The notes: generated by a model not told the origin, from the sequence alone. Shown: positions 11,391 to 22,259, counted from the stretch's first letter. The stretch is DNA of 64,000 bases from Candidatus Bathyarchaeota archaeon (GCA_963714275.1 CAVQNT010000002.1:352001-416000), one strand, 5' to 3'. Numbers and translations: made by a program.

Positions 11391-11562
11391 AGAGATTGGA
11401 TCAATGCTTAAAGAGAACCATCATGCGAGGATTTACACACACAATAAAGACGAACCATATACGCTAGTTAGCATACACGCTATTTACATGAAGCTGCTTT
11501 TTTTACAGAATTTCTTGTTCTATAGAAGAATTAAATGTTTACACTCTCAGAAACTCCAGCGT

Positions 11563-12684
11563 TTATAATAGTCTCTTTTCAGCTTCCTTAAGCATGTTGA
11601 TCACAGGTAGATGATAGGGACATTTTTTCTCGCATTCTCCGCATTCAGTGCAGCTATTCACCCTTGTCCGCAGCTTCGGATACTGGTCTCGGGTCCAGTT
11701 CTTTATGCCATAAAATGTGTAGTAAAGGTCCCATCTCAGTATTGTCGGTATCTCAACCGCGTCAGGACACGGCATACACAACCCGCATTCTCTGCAGAAC
11801 GGCTCAGGAGGATTCTGCCCAAATTTGTAAGCTTCCTTCTCGTCCAACGTAAGACCATCATAGTTCTCCGCTGCCTGAACAGCCCAGTCTACCTCCTCCT
11901 TGGACCGAAATCCAGGAATAACCGTATCTACATCATGTGCCAGCACGAACCTCAGGCAACGCTGACTCTTTCCAGTCCGTCTCTCCCGAAATGGGCAATG
12001 AACTCTGAACGGTCAGGCCAATCCAGCTCCCGGCTTTCCAAGGAATCTGGCTTGTCTCTGAGGAAACTCTAATGGACTTCCGCACCCACCCAGCGGCTTC
12101 ATAATTACCAAGCCCACATTGAGATCATTTACGAGTTTGACCAGCTCCTCAGTCGCTTTTCTCTCAAGAACGTTCAGGGGCACAAGAACTGTATCGAACT
12201 CGCCGGTTCTTACTGCCTTCGCCAGAATGTATGGGTTGTGTCCACTTATTCCTATATAGTCGATCTTGCCTTGCGATTTCGCTTCCTTGAGAGCGTTCAA
12301 TGAGCCATCTGGACCCGTAGCCTTCAGGAACTGTTCTTCGCTGTCGACGCCGTGCAGTTGAACAAGGTCTATCCGATCCGTCTGAAGATTCCTAAGACTC
12401 TGTTTTAATCCTGCTCTAGCCGCGTCTTCCCTGGTTCTCTGATGAGTCTTTGTCGCCAAGACGACCCTGTCTCTTACGTCTTTCAATGCGGCGCCTATCT
12501 TTTCTTCACTATCTCCATATGCTCTGGCTGTGTCAAAGTAGGTGATACCCCTCTCGTAGGCGTACCTCACCACCTTTTCTGCCTCAGCCCTCGACCGGGC
12601 TATGATCGGTATTCCACCGAAACCAACGACTGATACTTCCAGACCCGTTCTCCCAAGCATTCTCTTCTTCAAATCAGTCACCAC
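11563..12684 (-). CDS. Aldo/keto reductase with C-terminal 4Fe-4S dicluster; frameshifted near 11950-12020
   Basis: GITYFDTARAYGDSE, IDLVQLH; CRECGLCMPCP and CTECGECEKKCP. Confidence 0.9.
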
Positions 12685-12769
12685 ACCTTTCTTCTCGGGC
12701 CAAACCTTAAAATAGGCTCCTTACGGGTCACAGTTGTTCAGGAAAGTAATAAAGATTGCAGTCTTTCGT

Positions 12770-13135
12770 TTATTTTTCCTTCATTATCGAGAACCTTTTC
12801 GCCAGCCATAGTGACTGGACTTGCGTTATAAATTTGGCTTTGCCCTTCGGAGACTCTTTTTCGACGGCTTTAATTATTTCCCTTATTTCAGAAAGTTTTT
12901 TGGCTGCCACAATGCCCTTTTCGGTAAGGAAGGTCCGTCTTTCTTGAGACACGTTACTCATAGCAACCTCATCTATTAGACCATGTTTTTGGAGAACCTT
13001 GATAACTTGATATATGGTTTCCGTGGAAGCATCCACGTTCTTTTTTATTGCTGACCTGTTTGCAGCGTAATCTTTTTGTTCATAAAGGAAACTTAATAGT
13101 TGAATTGTTTCAATTTCAAAGTCCTGTAGTGGCAT
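12770..13135 (-). CDS. Winged-helix DNA-binding protein
   Basis: TIYQVIKVLQKHGLI...RRTFLTEKG. Confidence 0.7.
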   Translation of the reverse strand: MPLQDFEIETIQLLSFLYEQKDYAANRSAIKKNVDASTETIYQVIKVLQKHGLIDEVAMSNVSQERRTFLTEKGIVAAKKLSEIREIIKAVEKESPKGKAKFITQVQSLWLAKRFSIMKEK

Positions 13136-13380
13136 CGGCGTTCAATTTTTAGATGTAGGTTTATGTTCTATTTAAGTAGCAGTGGATGACACTAAGAAGG
13201 GGGCAAGGGTTGCCGGCAGACCTAACCGCAGGGCTAATCACACAGGAACAGCATGAGTTTGCTTGCTTCGCATTAAGTAACACGTAAGTGCCTTAATTGG
13301 ATTCTTATTCGTGCGCGATGGTTTCGTAGTAGCATTGATGAAAAGAAAAAGATATTCAAATAGGAAAATGTTATGATAAA

Positions 13381-14559
13381 TTGGTTATCTTGTTTGAAGG
13401 AAGGTCTAGGGTTCGACCAGTCGAGTGTAAAGTTTGCGGTAAAAATTCTTTGTTGATTTCAGGTTGCCTACAAGTCTGTGTAAACTGTCTACGAGAAGAA
13501 CCTAAAGCATCTTTACCCTTCTTAAAGGAAGTGCATTCGAGAATAAGGTCCCATTTCGGATTGCCAGAAGCTCCACCGAAGAGTCCTGACGGAATCCCAT
13601 GCAAAGTCTGTGCTAATGAATGCACAATGGGAAAAAGTGAAACCAGTTACTGCGGGATGAAGAGAAACGTTAACGGAAGGTTAGACTCTCTCATAAACCC
13701 AAAAACGGGAATCTTACACTATTACTTGGACAAGCAGGTGACGAACTGTTGCGCTGCTTGGTTCTGTCCTGCAGGAACCGGCGTAGGTTACCCTCAATAC
13801 GCTTACAGGCGTGGCCCCGAATATGGCTACCAGAATTTAGCAATCTTCTTCTATGGTTGCAACTTTGACTGTCTCTTCTGCCAGAACGCATCACACAAGA
13901 ATATTTCGGCTGGTCAAGCAGTAAGTGTGGAGGAGCTTGTCGCAGAGACCAAGAGAAACCGTTCTGTCTCCTGTTGGTGCTTCTTCGGAGGGTCACCTGA
14001 ACCTCAGCTTCCGTTCGCAATCAAAGCCTCTAAAACTGTACTGGAAGAAACGCCGAAAAGAGTACTAAGGATATGCTTTGAATGGAATGGATGTGGCAAT
14101 ACGAAGCTTGTCCACAGAGCTGCTGAACTTTCATTAGTCAGCGGAGGCAACATCAAGTTTGACCTCAAATGCTTCGATCCTACGATAAGCTACGCCTTAA
14201 GTGGCGTCTCAAACCAGAGAGCCTACGAGAACTTTAAGATGATTGCTCAAGAGTTCTGTTCTCAAAGACCAGGTCTTCCTCTCTTAACAGCGACTACACT
14301 GTTGGTTCCGGGTTATGTTGACAGGATCGAGGTCGAAAAAATCGCTGAGTTCATAGCGGATCTCGACCCCAAGATTCCATATAGCCTGCTTGTTTTTCAT
14401 CCAGACTTCATGTTGACTGATCTCCAAATTACACCTTTAGAACAGACAATAGAATGTTACAGAGCAGCCAAGAAACATCTTGAAAAAGTGAATGTTGGGA
14501 ACCTTCAAACGCTTGGTATACAAAGAATGGCAGATTTTAAAAAGAGAGTGAACAGCTGA
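13381..14559 (+). CDS. Radical SAM protein (PFL-activase/AmmeMemoRadiSam-like)
   Basis: GCNFDCLFCQN CxxxCxxC motif plus N-terminal Cys clusters. Confidence 0.9.
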   Translation: MVILFEGRSRVRPVECKVCGKNSLLISGCLQVCVNCLREEPKASLPFLKEVHSRIRSHFGLPEAPPKSPDGIPCKVCANECTMGKSETSYCGMKRNVNGRLDSLINPKTGILHYYLDKQVTNCCAAWFCPAGTGVGYPQYAYRRGPEYGYQNLAIFFYGCNFDCLFCQNASHKNISAGQAVSVEELVAETKRNRSVSCWCFFGGSPEPQLPFAIKASKTVLEETPKRVLRICFEWNGCGNTKLVHRAAELSLVSGGNIKFDLKCFDPTISYALSGVSNQRAYENFKMIAQEFCSQRPGLPLLTATTLLVPGYVDRIEVEKIAEFIADLDPKIPYSLLVFHPDFMLTDLQITPLEQTIECYRAAKKHLEKVNVGNLQTLGIQRMADFKKRVNS

Positions 14560-14774
14560 TAATGCCAATTATTGAAGCCTTTGTCTATCTTAACGCGCGT
14601 TGTCATCCTATGTAAACCTTTAAGAGCATCAGTTGGTGAGCGCGACAGTTTGGGTTGGGAATAAATTTTGATAAAAAAATTATGCCTGGTCTTTTTTGAT
14701 TACGTCTATACCAAGCAAATGCCTAGCCATGATCATATGCAAGTGAGGACCCATGGATAGTAGCTAGTCAGCTA

Positions 14775-14886
14775 TGCGTCGTATCCGTTTTCGTTCTTTT
14801 TTCTGATGAGGGGATTAGGTGTCGTTAGGAAGCTTGGTCTTCCCGGGGTTGGTGGGAGTGATGCTCATTATGCTCAGGCTAGCTAG
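14775..14886 (+). pseudogene. Internal fragment of a PHP-domain phosphoesterase gene
   Basis: RKLGLPGVGGSDAHYAQ, flanked by TAGCTAGTCAGCTA and GCTAGCTAGCTAG. Confidence 0.6.
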
Positions 14887-14989
14887 CTAGAATCTCTTAG
14901 CTACGTTTAAATCAAGGAGAATCTGGCTTATTGAAATTTCTAATCCTTTTTTAAGCTAGAATACTTCCAGTGAAGGGCATTCTCCTATC

Positions 14990-15127
14990 TCACTCGGTTT
15001 GTCGTTGACGCCAAAGGTTGTATGGGCACTGTCTCCAACAACACGTGCTACCCTTCAATGAGCAAACCTTACACTCAGCGCTGTCAAAAGGTTTAATCCT
15101 TCTAATCCTCCCAGTTTTACTATCCAA
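14990..15127 (-). CDS. 45-aa Cys-rich protein (not in ORF track)
   Basis: TTG start; MDSKTGRIRRIKPFDSAECKVCSLKGSTCCWRQCPYNLWRQRQTE*; directly downstream of the AAA-Lon gene. Confidence 0.5.
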   Translation of the reverse strand: MDSKTGRIRRIKPFDSAECKVCSLKGSTCCWRQCPYNLWRQRQTE

Positions 15128-15158
15128 CGATGCCCACAATAAGGAAGGTAGCCTTAAT

Positions 15159-17873
15159 TTATTCTTTTCTTGGAATTCTCCTCACTTTGAGGTTCTTCAG
15201 AAGGTCTTCTTGCGATGAAAATCCAAGCATACTCTCTACAGCTGCTTCTAGAAATGTTTGTACTGGAACAATCTTAACTTTTTTTTCCAGCAACATCTTC
15301 TCAGTGTCAAACTCTCCAAGTCTCTCATAATTGTACCTAGGTATCACAAGCTTGCGGGCGAATCTGTCAGATAGAGCTGCCTCGATTTTTCCCATCCCTC
15401 TGTAATCTAGGCCGCCGACAGGCCAGACCTCGCCTCTCGCTGTTATAGCGCCGGTCATTATTACAGTTGAGTCTACCTCCATGTTCAGGAAGGCTGAAAG
15501 CATCGCCACAGCGATCGCGATGCCTGCTGAAGGCCCAGAAACTGGAGGTCTAGTTATTCCCCAGCCAACTATTTGTTTCTCCATTCCCTTGGCTGGTGTT
15601 ACCAACTCAACATAGACATCGTACTTCCTGAACCTCCAACGCGAGATGGAGTTAATGTATATGAAAGCATCTTGGGCGCTGGCGAGGATGCTTTCTCCAG
15701 CCTCGCTTCCAATTATCTGTACTCTTCCCGATCCCTGTGGATTAACTACTACTTCGATGACTCCTACGAGACCCCCAAGTTCACCTCGTTCGCCTAAGGC
15801 TATTAGCCCGTAGCTTTTGCCGATCTCGGGGGTTTGGACTCTTATGGTGCGCTGGATCATACTTTGGGCTTCTACTTGTTCGTCGAAAGTGCTCTCTAGA
15901 GACTTCTCGAAGTGGTACAACCTAAGTGGATAATTGGATGGGTCAACTTTCCCCAGTTTTTCTGCAAGTTCAGGATCCTCTGCTTTGATCTTTAGGTTTT
16001 CAAACAGCCTCTCAAGATCGGCCTTGAATAACTCTTTTACCTTTTCAGTCTTCTCCTGCCCGTACTTCATCGCTTCTAGGAGCTTACGGCATGCCTCCAG
16101 CTCTTTAGTTCTCAGACGGTTCGCATCGTCAATTGCATCTGCGATCTTCCTAGGGCTGAGTATCTTCTTCTCAAAAACCCTGAGAACATCATCTGTAGTT
16201 GTCGCCTTCTCTAACATGTCATGATAACGCCGGAGGTGTACTTCCAGGATCTCCTTTTTTTCAGCCTTGTTTTTAGGATAGGTGAAGTCGAAGTTACGCG
16301 TAAAACGTTCTAGAAGGGCAGAATCAAGTATCTCAGCCCTATTTGTAGCTCCGATCACTACGACATTTGTTAGGGGTGTGAAGCCATCTATCTCGGTAAG
16401 GAGCTGAGAGACTACACGGTCAACAATCGGGTCCTGGGTCCCCCTTTTTGGAGCAATAGAATCTATCTCGTCGAAAAAGATGATTGCAGGAGCATTCTTA
16501 CGTGCATCCTCGAAGATGTCTCGAATAGTCTTCTCAGGGTCCCCATAATGGCCTTGAAGTATAGAGGGACCATTTATGTTGTAGAACCATACATCGTTCT
16601 CGCCGGCGATTGCCTTTGCCAACAGAGTCTTTCCAGTTCCTGGGGGCCCATAGAAAATGAAGCCCTTTGGAGGATGATATCCAGCCTTCACAGCCAAATC
16701 AGCGTCCAAAGCTAAGGATATCTCCTTGATTATCTCTTCCTTAACTCCGTGAAGACCCCCAACATCATTGTACCTTTCCCTCGGCGCGATCCGGTTTCCG
16801 GCTCTCTTCGCTGCTTCAGTCTTCTCTTGAGACGTGTAGGTTTTAAGTCTTCGAGCTGCGGCTCGGAAATCATTTATTGTGACAAGCTTCCCCAGGTTCA
16901 CTTTTTTGGTACTCTTTTTCTTGACTAAATTGACTAGTTGCTGCTGGATTGGTCGGGATTTCTCCGTCATAACGATATCGAAGGCGTTAACTATGTCTGC
17001 TGGCGTTAGGCGGGTGCTTCCAACTGCCCTAAGCGAGTCTTCAAGGACCTCCACGATCTCGACTGGGTTCAGCGTTATGTCGTATTTACGATTCTGCCTA
17101 CGCGCTATCTCTATGAGCATTAGGCGATTCGTGCCTGCGTCCAGATCAATAGTGCCTACGAGACCCCTTCTACGAAGCGTCTCTGTGATTGTTTCGTATT
17201 CGCTCGTGGCAATCAGCAAGACACACCTATAATTTCTCTTCTGCAACTGGTCAATCTTCTCTAAAAAGACGGTTTGGACCCTTTTCTCCTCCATTCCCAC
17301 TTCTGTTGTTGAAGAGAACCTGCTTCCGAAGGCTTGAAACTCATCGATTAGAATAATGCTTGGTTTTTCAAAAGCTTCTTGAAAGAAAGCCCCAAGCTGC
17401 TGTGCGCTCCTTCCATACCACATGGTGTAAACATTTTCAGGCTTTAAATAGGCATAGTGCACAAGCATGCCGTACTTTAAGCCTTCATCAAACACTGCTC
17501 TTTGACAAGCCTCAGCGAAAAAGGTCTTGCCGCTGCCAGATCCACCCTTCAAAATAAACACTTTTGATGGTGGCACGGGGCAGGTTTTCCGAATTTCAGG
17601 ATCTCTGTAGACGTGGTAATGAGCGCTAACCAAGATCCTGCTGAAATCATCTTCTCCGCCTACGACATCCTCTCTCCTAACGTTTGGGAAGTCCATCCTT
17701 TTCCGTATCTTCTTCGCACGTCTTTCCGCTTCGCTCCTCCGTTTTTCAGGAGGCTTTTGGAGAAATCTCCACAACCTGTACTGCCACGAGGAAACATAGA
17801 GTAATGGCGCGAAAGATTTTCTAATCCTGGGCTTGGAGTGCCACCACTGGTCTACAAATTCATCTTCTTCCAT
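15159..17873 (-). CDS. Tandem AAA+ ATPase (CDC48-like) fused to C-terminal Lon S16 protease domain
   Basis: Walker A GGSGSGKT and GPPGTGKT; Walker B IILIDE and IIFFDEID; SRH ATNR...LDSALL.RF; SGPSAG...MTG.I...GEV.PVGG...KIEAA. Confidence 0.88.
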   Translation of the reverse strand: MEEDEFVDQWWHSKPRIRKSFAPLLYVSSWQYRLWRFLQKPPEKRRSEAERRAKKIRKRMDFPNVRREDVVGGEDDFSRILVSAHYHVYRDPEIRKTCPVPPSKVFILKGGSGSGKTFFAEACQRAVFDEGLKYGMLVHYAYLKPENVYTMWYGRSAQQLGAFFQEAFEKPSIILIDEFQAFGSRFSSTTEVGMEEKRVQTVFLEKIDQLQKRNYRCVLLIATSEYETITETLRRRGLVGTIDLDAGTNRLMLIEIARRQNRKYDITLNPVEIVEVLEDSLRAVGSTRLTPADIVNAFDIVMTEKSRPIQQQLVNLVKKKSTKKVNLGKLVTINDFRAAARRLKTYTSQEKTEAAKRAGNRIAPRERYNDVGGLHGVKEEIIKEISLALDADLAVKAGYHPPKGFIFYGPPGTGKTLLAKAIAGENDVWFYNINGPSILQGHYGDPEKTIRDIFEDARKNAPAIIFFDEIDSIAPKRGTQDPIVDRVVSQLLTEIDGFTPLTNVVVIGATNRAEILDSALLERFTRNFDFTYPKNKAEKKEILEVHLRRYHDMLEKATTTDDVLRVFEKKILSPRKIADAIDDANRLRTKELEACRKLLEAMKYGQEKTEKVKELFKADLERLFENLKIKAEDPELAEKLGKVDPSNYPLRLYHFEKSLESTFDEQVEAQSMIQRTIRVQTPEIGKSYGLIALGERGELGGLVGVIEVVVNPQGSGRVQIIGSEAGESILASAQDAFIYINSISRWRFRKYDVYVELVTPAKGMEKQIVGWGITRPPVSGPSAGIAIAVAMLSAFLNMEVDSTVIMTGAITARGEVWPVGGLDYRGMGKIEAALSDRFARKLVIPRYNYERLGEFDTEKMLLEKKVKIVPVQTFLEAAVESMLGFSSQEDLLKNLKVRRIPRKE

Positions 17874-17875
17874 CG

Positions 17876-18655
17876 TTAAACGCCTGCTGGTAATGTGAAG
17901 GTTGTGAAAGTGTAAAGCTCGTATATCGCTAAGGCGCTTATGGCTATCACTACGACACAGAGGATCCAGCGTTTATTTGATACGATTTCCTTCTTGTTCT
18001 TGAAGTAGGTATCTAAGAAGAGGAAAACATTGGAATACGCTATGAGACCCGCGGCTGCTAAGAGTAATATCGAATTAAACGGCGTGGGAAGCTCGATGAA
18101 AAAAAAGTTGGAGGTTCTGCTATTAACATTTAACAAAATATTTATCGTCCAGTTTCCAGGCGGACGAGTGTAAGGACCCCTCAAATCAACAAAAGATTCA
18201 TGCGTTTTCACGTTTTTTCCATAGAAGTCAAAATAGAAGGCGAAATCTCGTACATAAACACTTATTAAATAATCCCAAGGCATGTCACTTCGAAAAGTGA
18301 TTGTTAGGTTATAAAGACCACCGGATTGGGGACGTACCCAGATAGCTGTTGTGTTTGTTTTGTAATAAGGGTCTGTGTAGCTTGTCGATATTGATAGATC
18401 AAAGGGAAGGCTTCTACTCAGGGGCGTACATACAACTGATGTATATTCCACGGGATTAACATAGACTGTAAGAGTATCCCCTTCAACAGCATCCAAATCG
18501 TAGCGATCGACATATTCCAAGTTCGCAGCACATATTACCCTAGGACAAATAAGAAACACCAACAAAAGAAGCGCGAAAAATATCGAAAGCAGTTCGATAG
18601 ATAAATGCCTTCGTAATTCTTTCGTGAACATGTTCTTTGTTCCGAGCATTTTCAA
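17876..18655 (-). CDS. Membrane protein: signal/TM, extracellular beta domain, two C-terminal TMs
   Basis: Hydrophobicity pattern; ends 2 bp before the AAA-Lon start. Confidence 0.75.
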   Translation of the reverse strand: MKMLGTKNMFTKELRRHLSIELLSIFFALLLLVFLICPRVICAANLEYVDRYDLDAVEGDTLTVYVNPVEYTSVVCTPLSRSLPFDLSISTSYTDPYYKTNTTAIWVRPQSGGLYNLTITFRSDMPWDYLISVYVRDFAFYFDFYGKNVKTHESFVDLRGPYTRPPGNWTINILLNVNSRTSNFFFIELPTPFNSILLLAAAGLIAYSNVFLFLDTYFKNKKEIVSNKRWILCVVVIAISALAIYELYTFTTFTLPAGV

Positions 18656-18899
18656 AATACTCCTTGCATAATATACTGAGAAATCTCTTCAATAAAGATT
18701 TCTGAAGGAGAAAATAGTTATAGCACTTATATTGCCCTTTCAACCTGCGCTAATTAAGCAGATGAATCTCCGGCTCTAAAGATGATGGCATCAGTTCCAA
18801 CTTCGTTGCAAGGTAGAAATCCATTATCATGAGCCGGATATGAGAGGTTTCGGAATCTAACTTCTCAACAATGCTAGCTCAGCTATTCTCTTCATATCC

Positions 18900-18998
18900 A
18901 TATGCTAAAGTAAGGGAGAGGAACTACATTGATCGTTATATGTAGTATAGATAGGGATAGGCAAGTATTGGGTTTGGGTTGGGCGCTTAATTTTAAGG
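18900..18998 (-). repeat. Dispersed palindromic site copy (CCCAACCCAAACCC arm)
   Basis: Reverse complement CCTTAAAATTAAGCGCCCAACCCAAACCCAATACTT vs CCCAAACCCATACTT at ~5433-5447. Confidence 0.6.
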
Positions 18999-19024
18999 TA
19001 GATTCAGATGAATTTGACTAGTAG

Positions 19025-19930
19025 CTAGCTAAAACCACGGTGCAAGCCGAGCTTCCTAGCGTAATCAACTACTTTAAGATATTCAGTTGAGGTAGGTCTT
19101 CTACTCAATTCTTCGTATTCGTAGGCTCTGCCACATGGCCTGTACTGAGCCATTATGTTTACATAGCATTCTTTTGAAAGCTCTTCTGAAATAAATTCTA
19201 AAACTTTCTCGCTTCCAGCAAGATTATTCGGTAACACGAGATGTCTAATTAATAGCCCTCTGTAGGCAATTCCCCTCTCATCAACCTTCAAATCTCCTAC
19301 TTGACGATGCATCTCTTTGACAGCCTCTTTGCAACGTTCAAAATAATCTGGTGCATTAGAGTATTTCTTCGCGGGTTCGCTTCCGCTATACTTTATGTCC
19401 GGCTTGTAGATGTCCACTATACCATCAAGCAGTCTTATTGTCTCCACGTTTTCGTATCCGCTGCAGTTCCAAAATATTGGTAGCTTCAAACCTCTTCCGG
19501 CAGCAACAGAGATTGCTTTCACAAGTTGCGGTGTAAAGTGGGTTGGTGTAACAAGATTAATATTATGACATCCCCTACTCTGTAGGTTGAGCATAATTTC
19601 GGCCGCTTCACCTATAGATGTCTCTTCGCCGTAACCTAGATGACTTATCTCGTAATTTTGACAATAGATGCATAGCAGATTGCAGTTTGTTAAGAAAATC
19701 GTGCCCGAGCCGTTTCTACCAGTAATCTCTGGCTCCTCTCCAAAATGTGGGCCATAACTTGAAATGATAAGTTCATTACCAGACCTGCAATATCCCTTCT
19801 TTCCTTCTAATCTATTTGCTCTGCATTTTCTTGGGCAGAGCTCACATGACTCAAGTATTTTGTAGAGCCTCACTATTCTTTCATCTAATTCTCCACTTTC
19901 ATACAGTTTAAGATAACTTGATGCAAACAT
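19025..19930 (-). CDS. Radical SAM protein, PflX-like
   Basis: CELCPRKC, HFGEEP, CNLLCIYCQN, GLLIRHLVLP. Confidence 0.9.
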   Translation of the reverse strand: MFASSYLKLYESGELDERIVRLYKILESCELCPRKCRANRLEGKKGYCRSGNELIISSYGPHFGEEPEITGRNGSGTIFLTNCNLLCIYCQNYEISHLGYGEETSIGEAAEIMLNLQSRGCHNINLVTPTHFTPQLVKAISVAAGRGLKLPIFWNCSGYENVETIRLLDGIVDIYKPDIKYSGSEPAKKYSNAPDYFERCKEAVKEMHRQVGDLKVDERGIAYRGLLIRHLVLPNNLAGSEKVLEFISEELSKECYVNIMAQYRPCGRAYEYEELSRRPTSTEYLKVVDYARKLGLHRGFS

Positions 19931-19931
19931 A

Positions 19932-20480
19932 CTAATGATTCCTGTTTTTCTCTTTTAACTTGAACTTACACTGCGGACAGAGGTCAGGCCCTTTCAGGTC
20001 AGTGTCAAAAACGCTGTTTGAGAAGTGCATTACACAGGCGGGGTCGGGGCAGTATCCTAGTCCGAAGGTGTGGCCTGATTCATGGACGGATTCCTTGACA
20101 AGGCGACTGAAGAACAACTCTGGACTAGGAGCTTCCCCGTAGAACTCGGGTCTCAGCCTATGTGTTGAGACTACAGCGATTCCCGTGCCAGGATCAGCCT
20201 CCCCGAAGACGAAGTTAAGATTTCCAGCGTAAAGGTCCACCGACTCCACAGCCAACATCCTCTCGTCATCTCCTTTCTTGACACTGTTTCGGAGGAACTG
20301 AAGAATCAAGGTTGAGTTATATTGTCCCCTACTTCGGTTGAGGCAGCTAGAAGGAGGATGAGTGACTTGATCATCGAGAATTATTCGACTTTTTGGGAAA
20401 GCCTCTACAAGTTTATCTTCCAATTCTCGAAGAACATCTTGATCCAGCTTACCATTAGACAAGAATCTTACACGAATCAA
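19932..20480 (-). CDS. Archaemetzincin (M54 Zn protease)
   Basis: LNFVFGEA, KESVHESGHTFGLGYC...CVMHFS...D.K...C..C. Confidence 0.88.
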   Translation of the reverse strand: MIRVRFLSNGKLDQDVLRELEDKLVEAFPKSRIILDDQVTHPPSSCLNRSRGQYNSTLILQFLRNSVKKGDDERMLAVESVDLYAGNLNFVFGEADPGTGIAVVSTHRLRPEFYGEAPSPELFFSRLVKESVHESGHTFGLGYCPDPACVMHFSNSVFDTDLKGPDLCPQCKFKLKEKNRNH

Positions 20481-21478
20481 GATTAGATCGCCTATAAATT
20501 GTGATAAGCATGCTTCCGCTTTACTTATTCAAAATGCTAGTCAGCTACATCGCAGCCCAAACGTATGCCCAAACCATGTGTCCGAGGAAAAACAATCCGA
20601 AGTCTCCTTAATTGCTTCCTCTTGTAATATATTCCAACCTAAAAACTAAATATGCTTTCAGCTAGGATCGTCTGGTCGTCAGCTATTCCTTTTGTAATTG
20701 CTGACTGTTTGACCAGGCGATTCTGGATTCGGTTTTTATTCCTGATTAATTGCTTGTTTTAGCTGAGCTATACTGAATTCTTTAATAATTACTATAGTAG
20801 CTAGCCGGCTCTTGTTCGTAAAAATTGGTTGTTTTTTGTTGCTTTTTGTTGTTTTTTGTCACTTTTTGTGTGTGATCTGAAAAAAAGGGTTTTGTTTGAG
20901 GACGTTTAAAAAGGGTGGTTTTTATTGGCATGTCAAGTTTTTCTCGAGTTTTCCCTATGCTGCGAAGCTTGCCATTGTCGCCATCAGTATGCCAAGGGTG
21001 CCTGAAGAAATTTAAAAATGCGGTTTCAGTTTCTGCTTTCATCATTTCTTCCGATACAGTGTATAACTTTTCCGCTAAAATCAAAAACTGGCTTAGCTAA
21101 TGGAATCTTCATTCCAAAACACTCGCTTAAAGGAGATCATAGGTTCATTTCAATAAAAACTATGACATTATGTCAGCAAAGTAATGTTCCAAGGAATTAT
21201 TATTCAGTTTTTCATATCACTCAAATAAAAACGCCTATGGAAAAACCAGTTATTTTTCTATATCAGTGTTCTTTACGCTAAATCTAAACACCAACTATGT
21301 TCAACCATAAACAACAAAGCGATTATCAAACTCAAACTAATGCAAAATTGTATTGTACAACCAAAGTTCAAAAAACAGATAAAAGAACCCGGCATTTTGC
21401 ACTCGCTAGAGATGTGTACGAAGTGCGTAGGAAGGCTTAAATATCGAATTAGGACCGTTAAACGGTGGAGGCATCGAT

Positions 21479-21688
21479 ATGGGTGTAGTAATACTTTCAT
21501 CGAAATTTCAGGTTGTAATTCCCCGGGATGTCCGAGAAAAACTAAACCTCATGCCGGGACAAAAAATCGTCGTGATAGAGAAAGATGGCGTCCTCCATCT
21601 AATCCCTCAAAAACCCATGAAAGAAATGAGGGGCTTCGCAAAGAACATAAACACACAGGATGTTAGGGATGAAGAGGATCGCTTTTGA
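21479..21688 (+). CDS. vapB: AbrB/MazE-fold antitoxin
   Basis: LSSKFQVVIPRDVREKLNL.PGQ; overlaps the PIN gene. Confidence 0.85.
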   Translation: MGVVILSSKFQVVIPRDVREKLNLMPGQKIVVIEKDGVLHLIPQKPMKEMRGFAKNINTQDVRDEEDRF

Positions 21689-22062
21689 TTTTAATAGACT
21701 CCTACGGTTGGATTGAATACTTCGCTGAAGGACCACTTGCAGACAGTGACGCACCCTTCATAGAAAAATCAAACGCCGAAAACACCATAACGCCAACCAT
21801 CGTTGTCTACGAAGTCTACAGAAAAATCAAAAACACGAAAGGCGAACAGAAAGCATTAGAAGCCTACGCCCAAATATCCCGAACAAAAATCATCGAATTA
21901 AACAGCCCCTTATCCCTAGAAGCCGCAGACATCAGCCTAACAACAAACTTGGGAATGGCCGACTCAATAATCGTAGCCACAGCAAAAACCTGCAACGCCG
22001 AGATAATAACAAGCGACAAACACCTAAAAGACATAAAAGGAGTTAAATTCATAAGCAAATGA
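21685..22062 (+). CDS. vapC: PIN-domain toxin
   Basis: ILIDSYGWIE, YEV, MADSII.ATA, TSDKHL. Confidence 0.9.
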   Translation: MILIDSYGWIEYFAEGPLADSDAPFIEKSNAENTITPTIVVYEVYRKIKNTKGEQKALEAYAQISRTKIIELNSPLSLEAADISLTTNLGMADSIIVATAKTCNAEIITSDKHLKDIKGVKFISK

Positions 22063-22259
22063 GACTGCCCAACTATGCCTTCTCAACAGTTCCAAGCAGC
22101 ATCTTCACCACCATAAAGCCTCAAATCAGTAAAAACTCAGCCTGATGCACCATTATATTACGCAACCACTATCACATCCATCCCGCCTCAACTTCACTAA
22201 ACACCCGTCAGTGAGCTGAGCTAAACACTTATGGGGAAATTAGCTAAGAAATATGCTTT

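Noticed and set aside
20549-20600. Possible second archaemetzincin remnant (FGHTFGLR on the minus strand)
   Set aside because: Only about 7 residues match; too short to call
20782-21281. Short ORFs and a GT-rich tract between junctions
   Set aside because: No recognisable motifs; the tract resembles a site arm but lacks the palindrome
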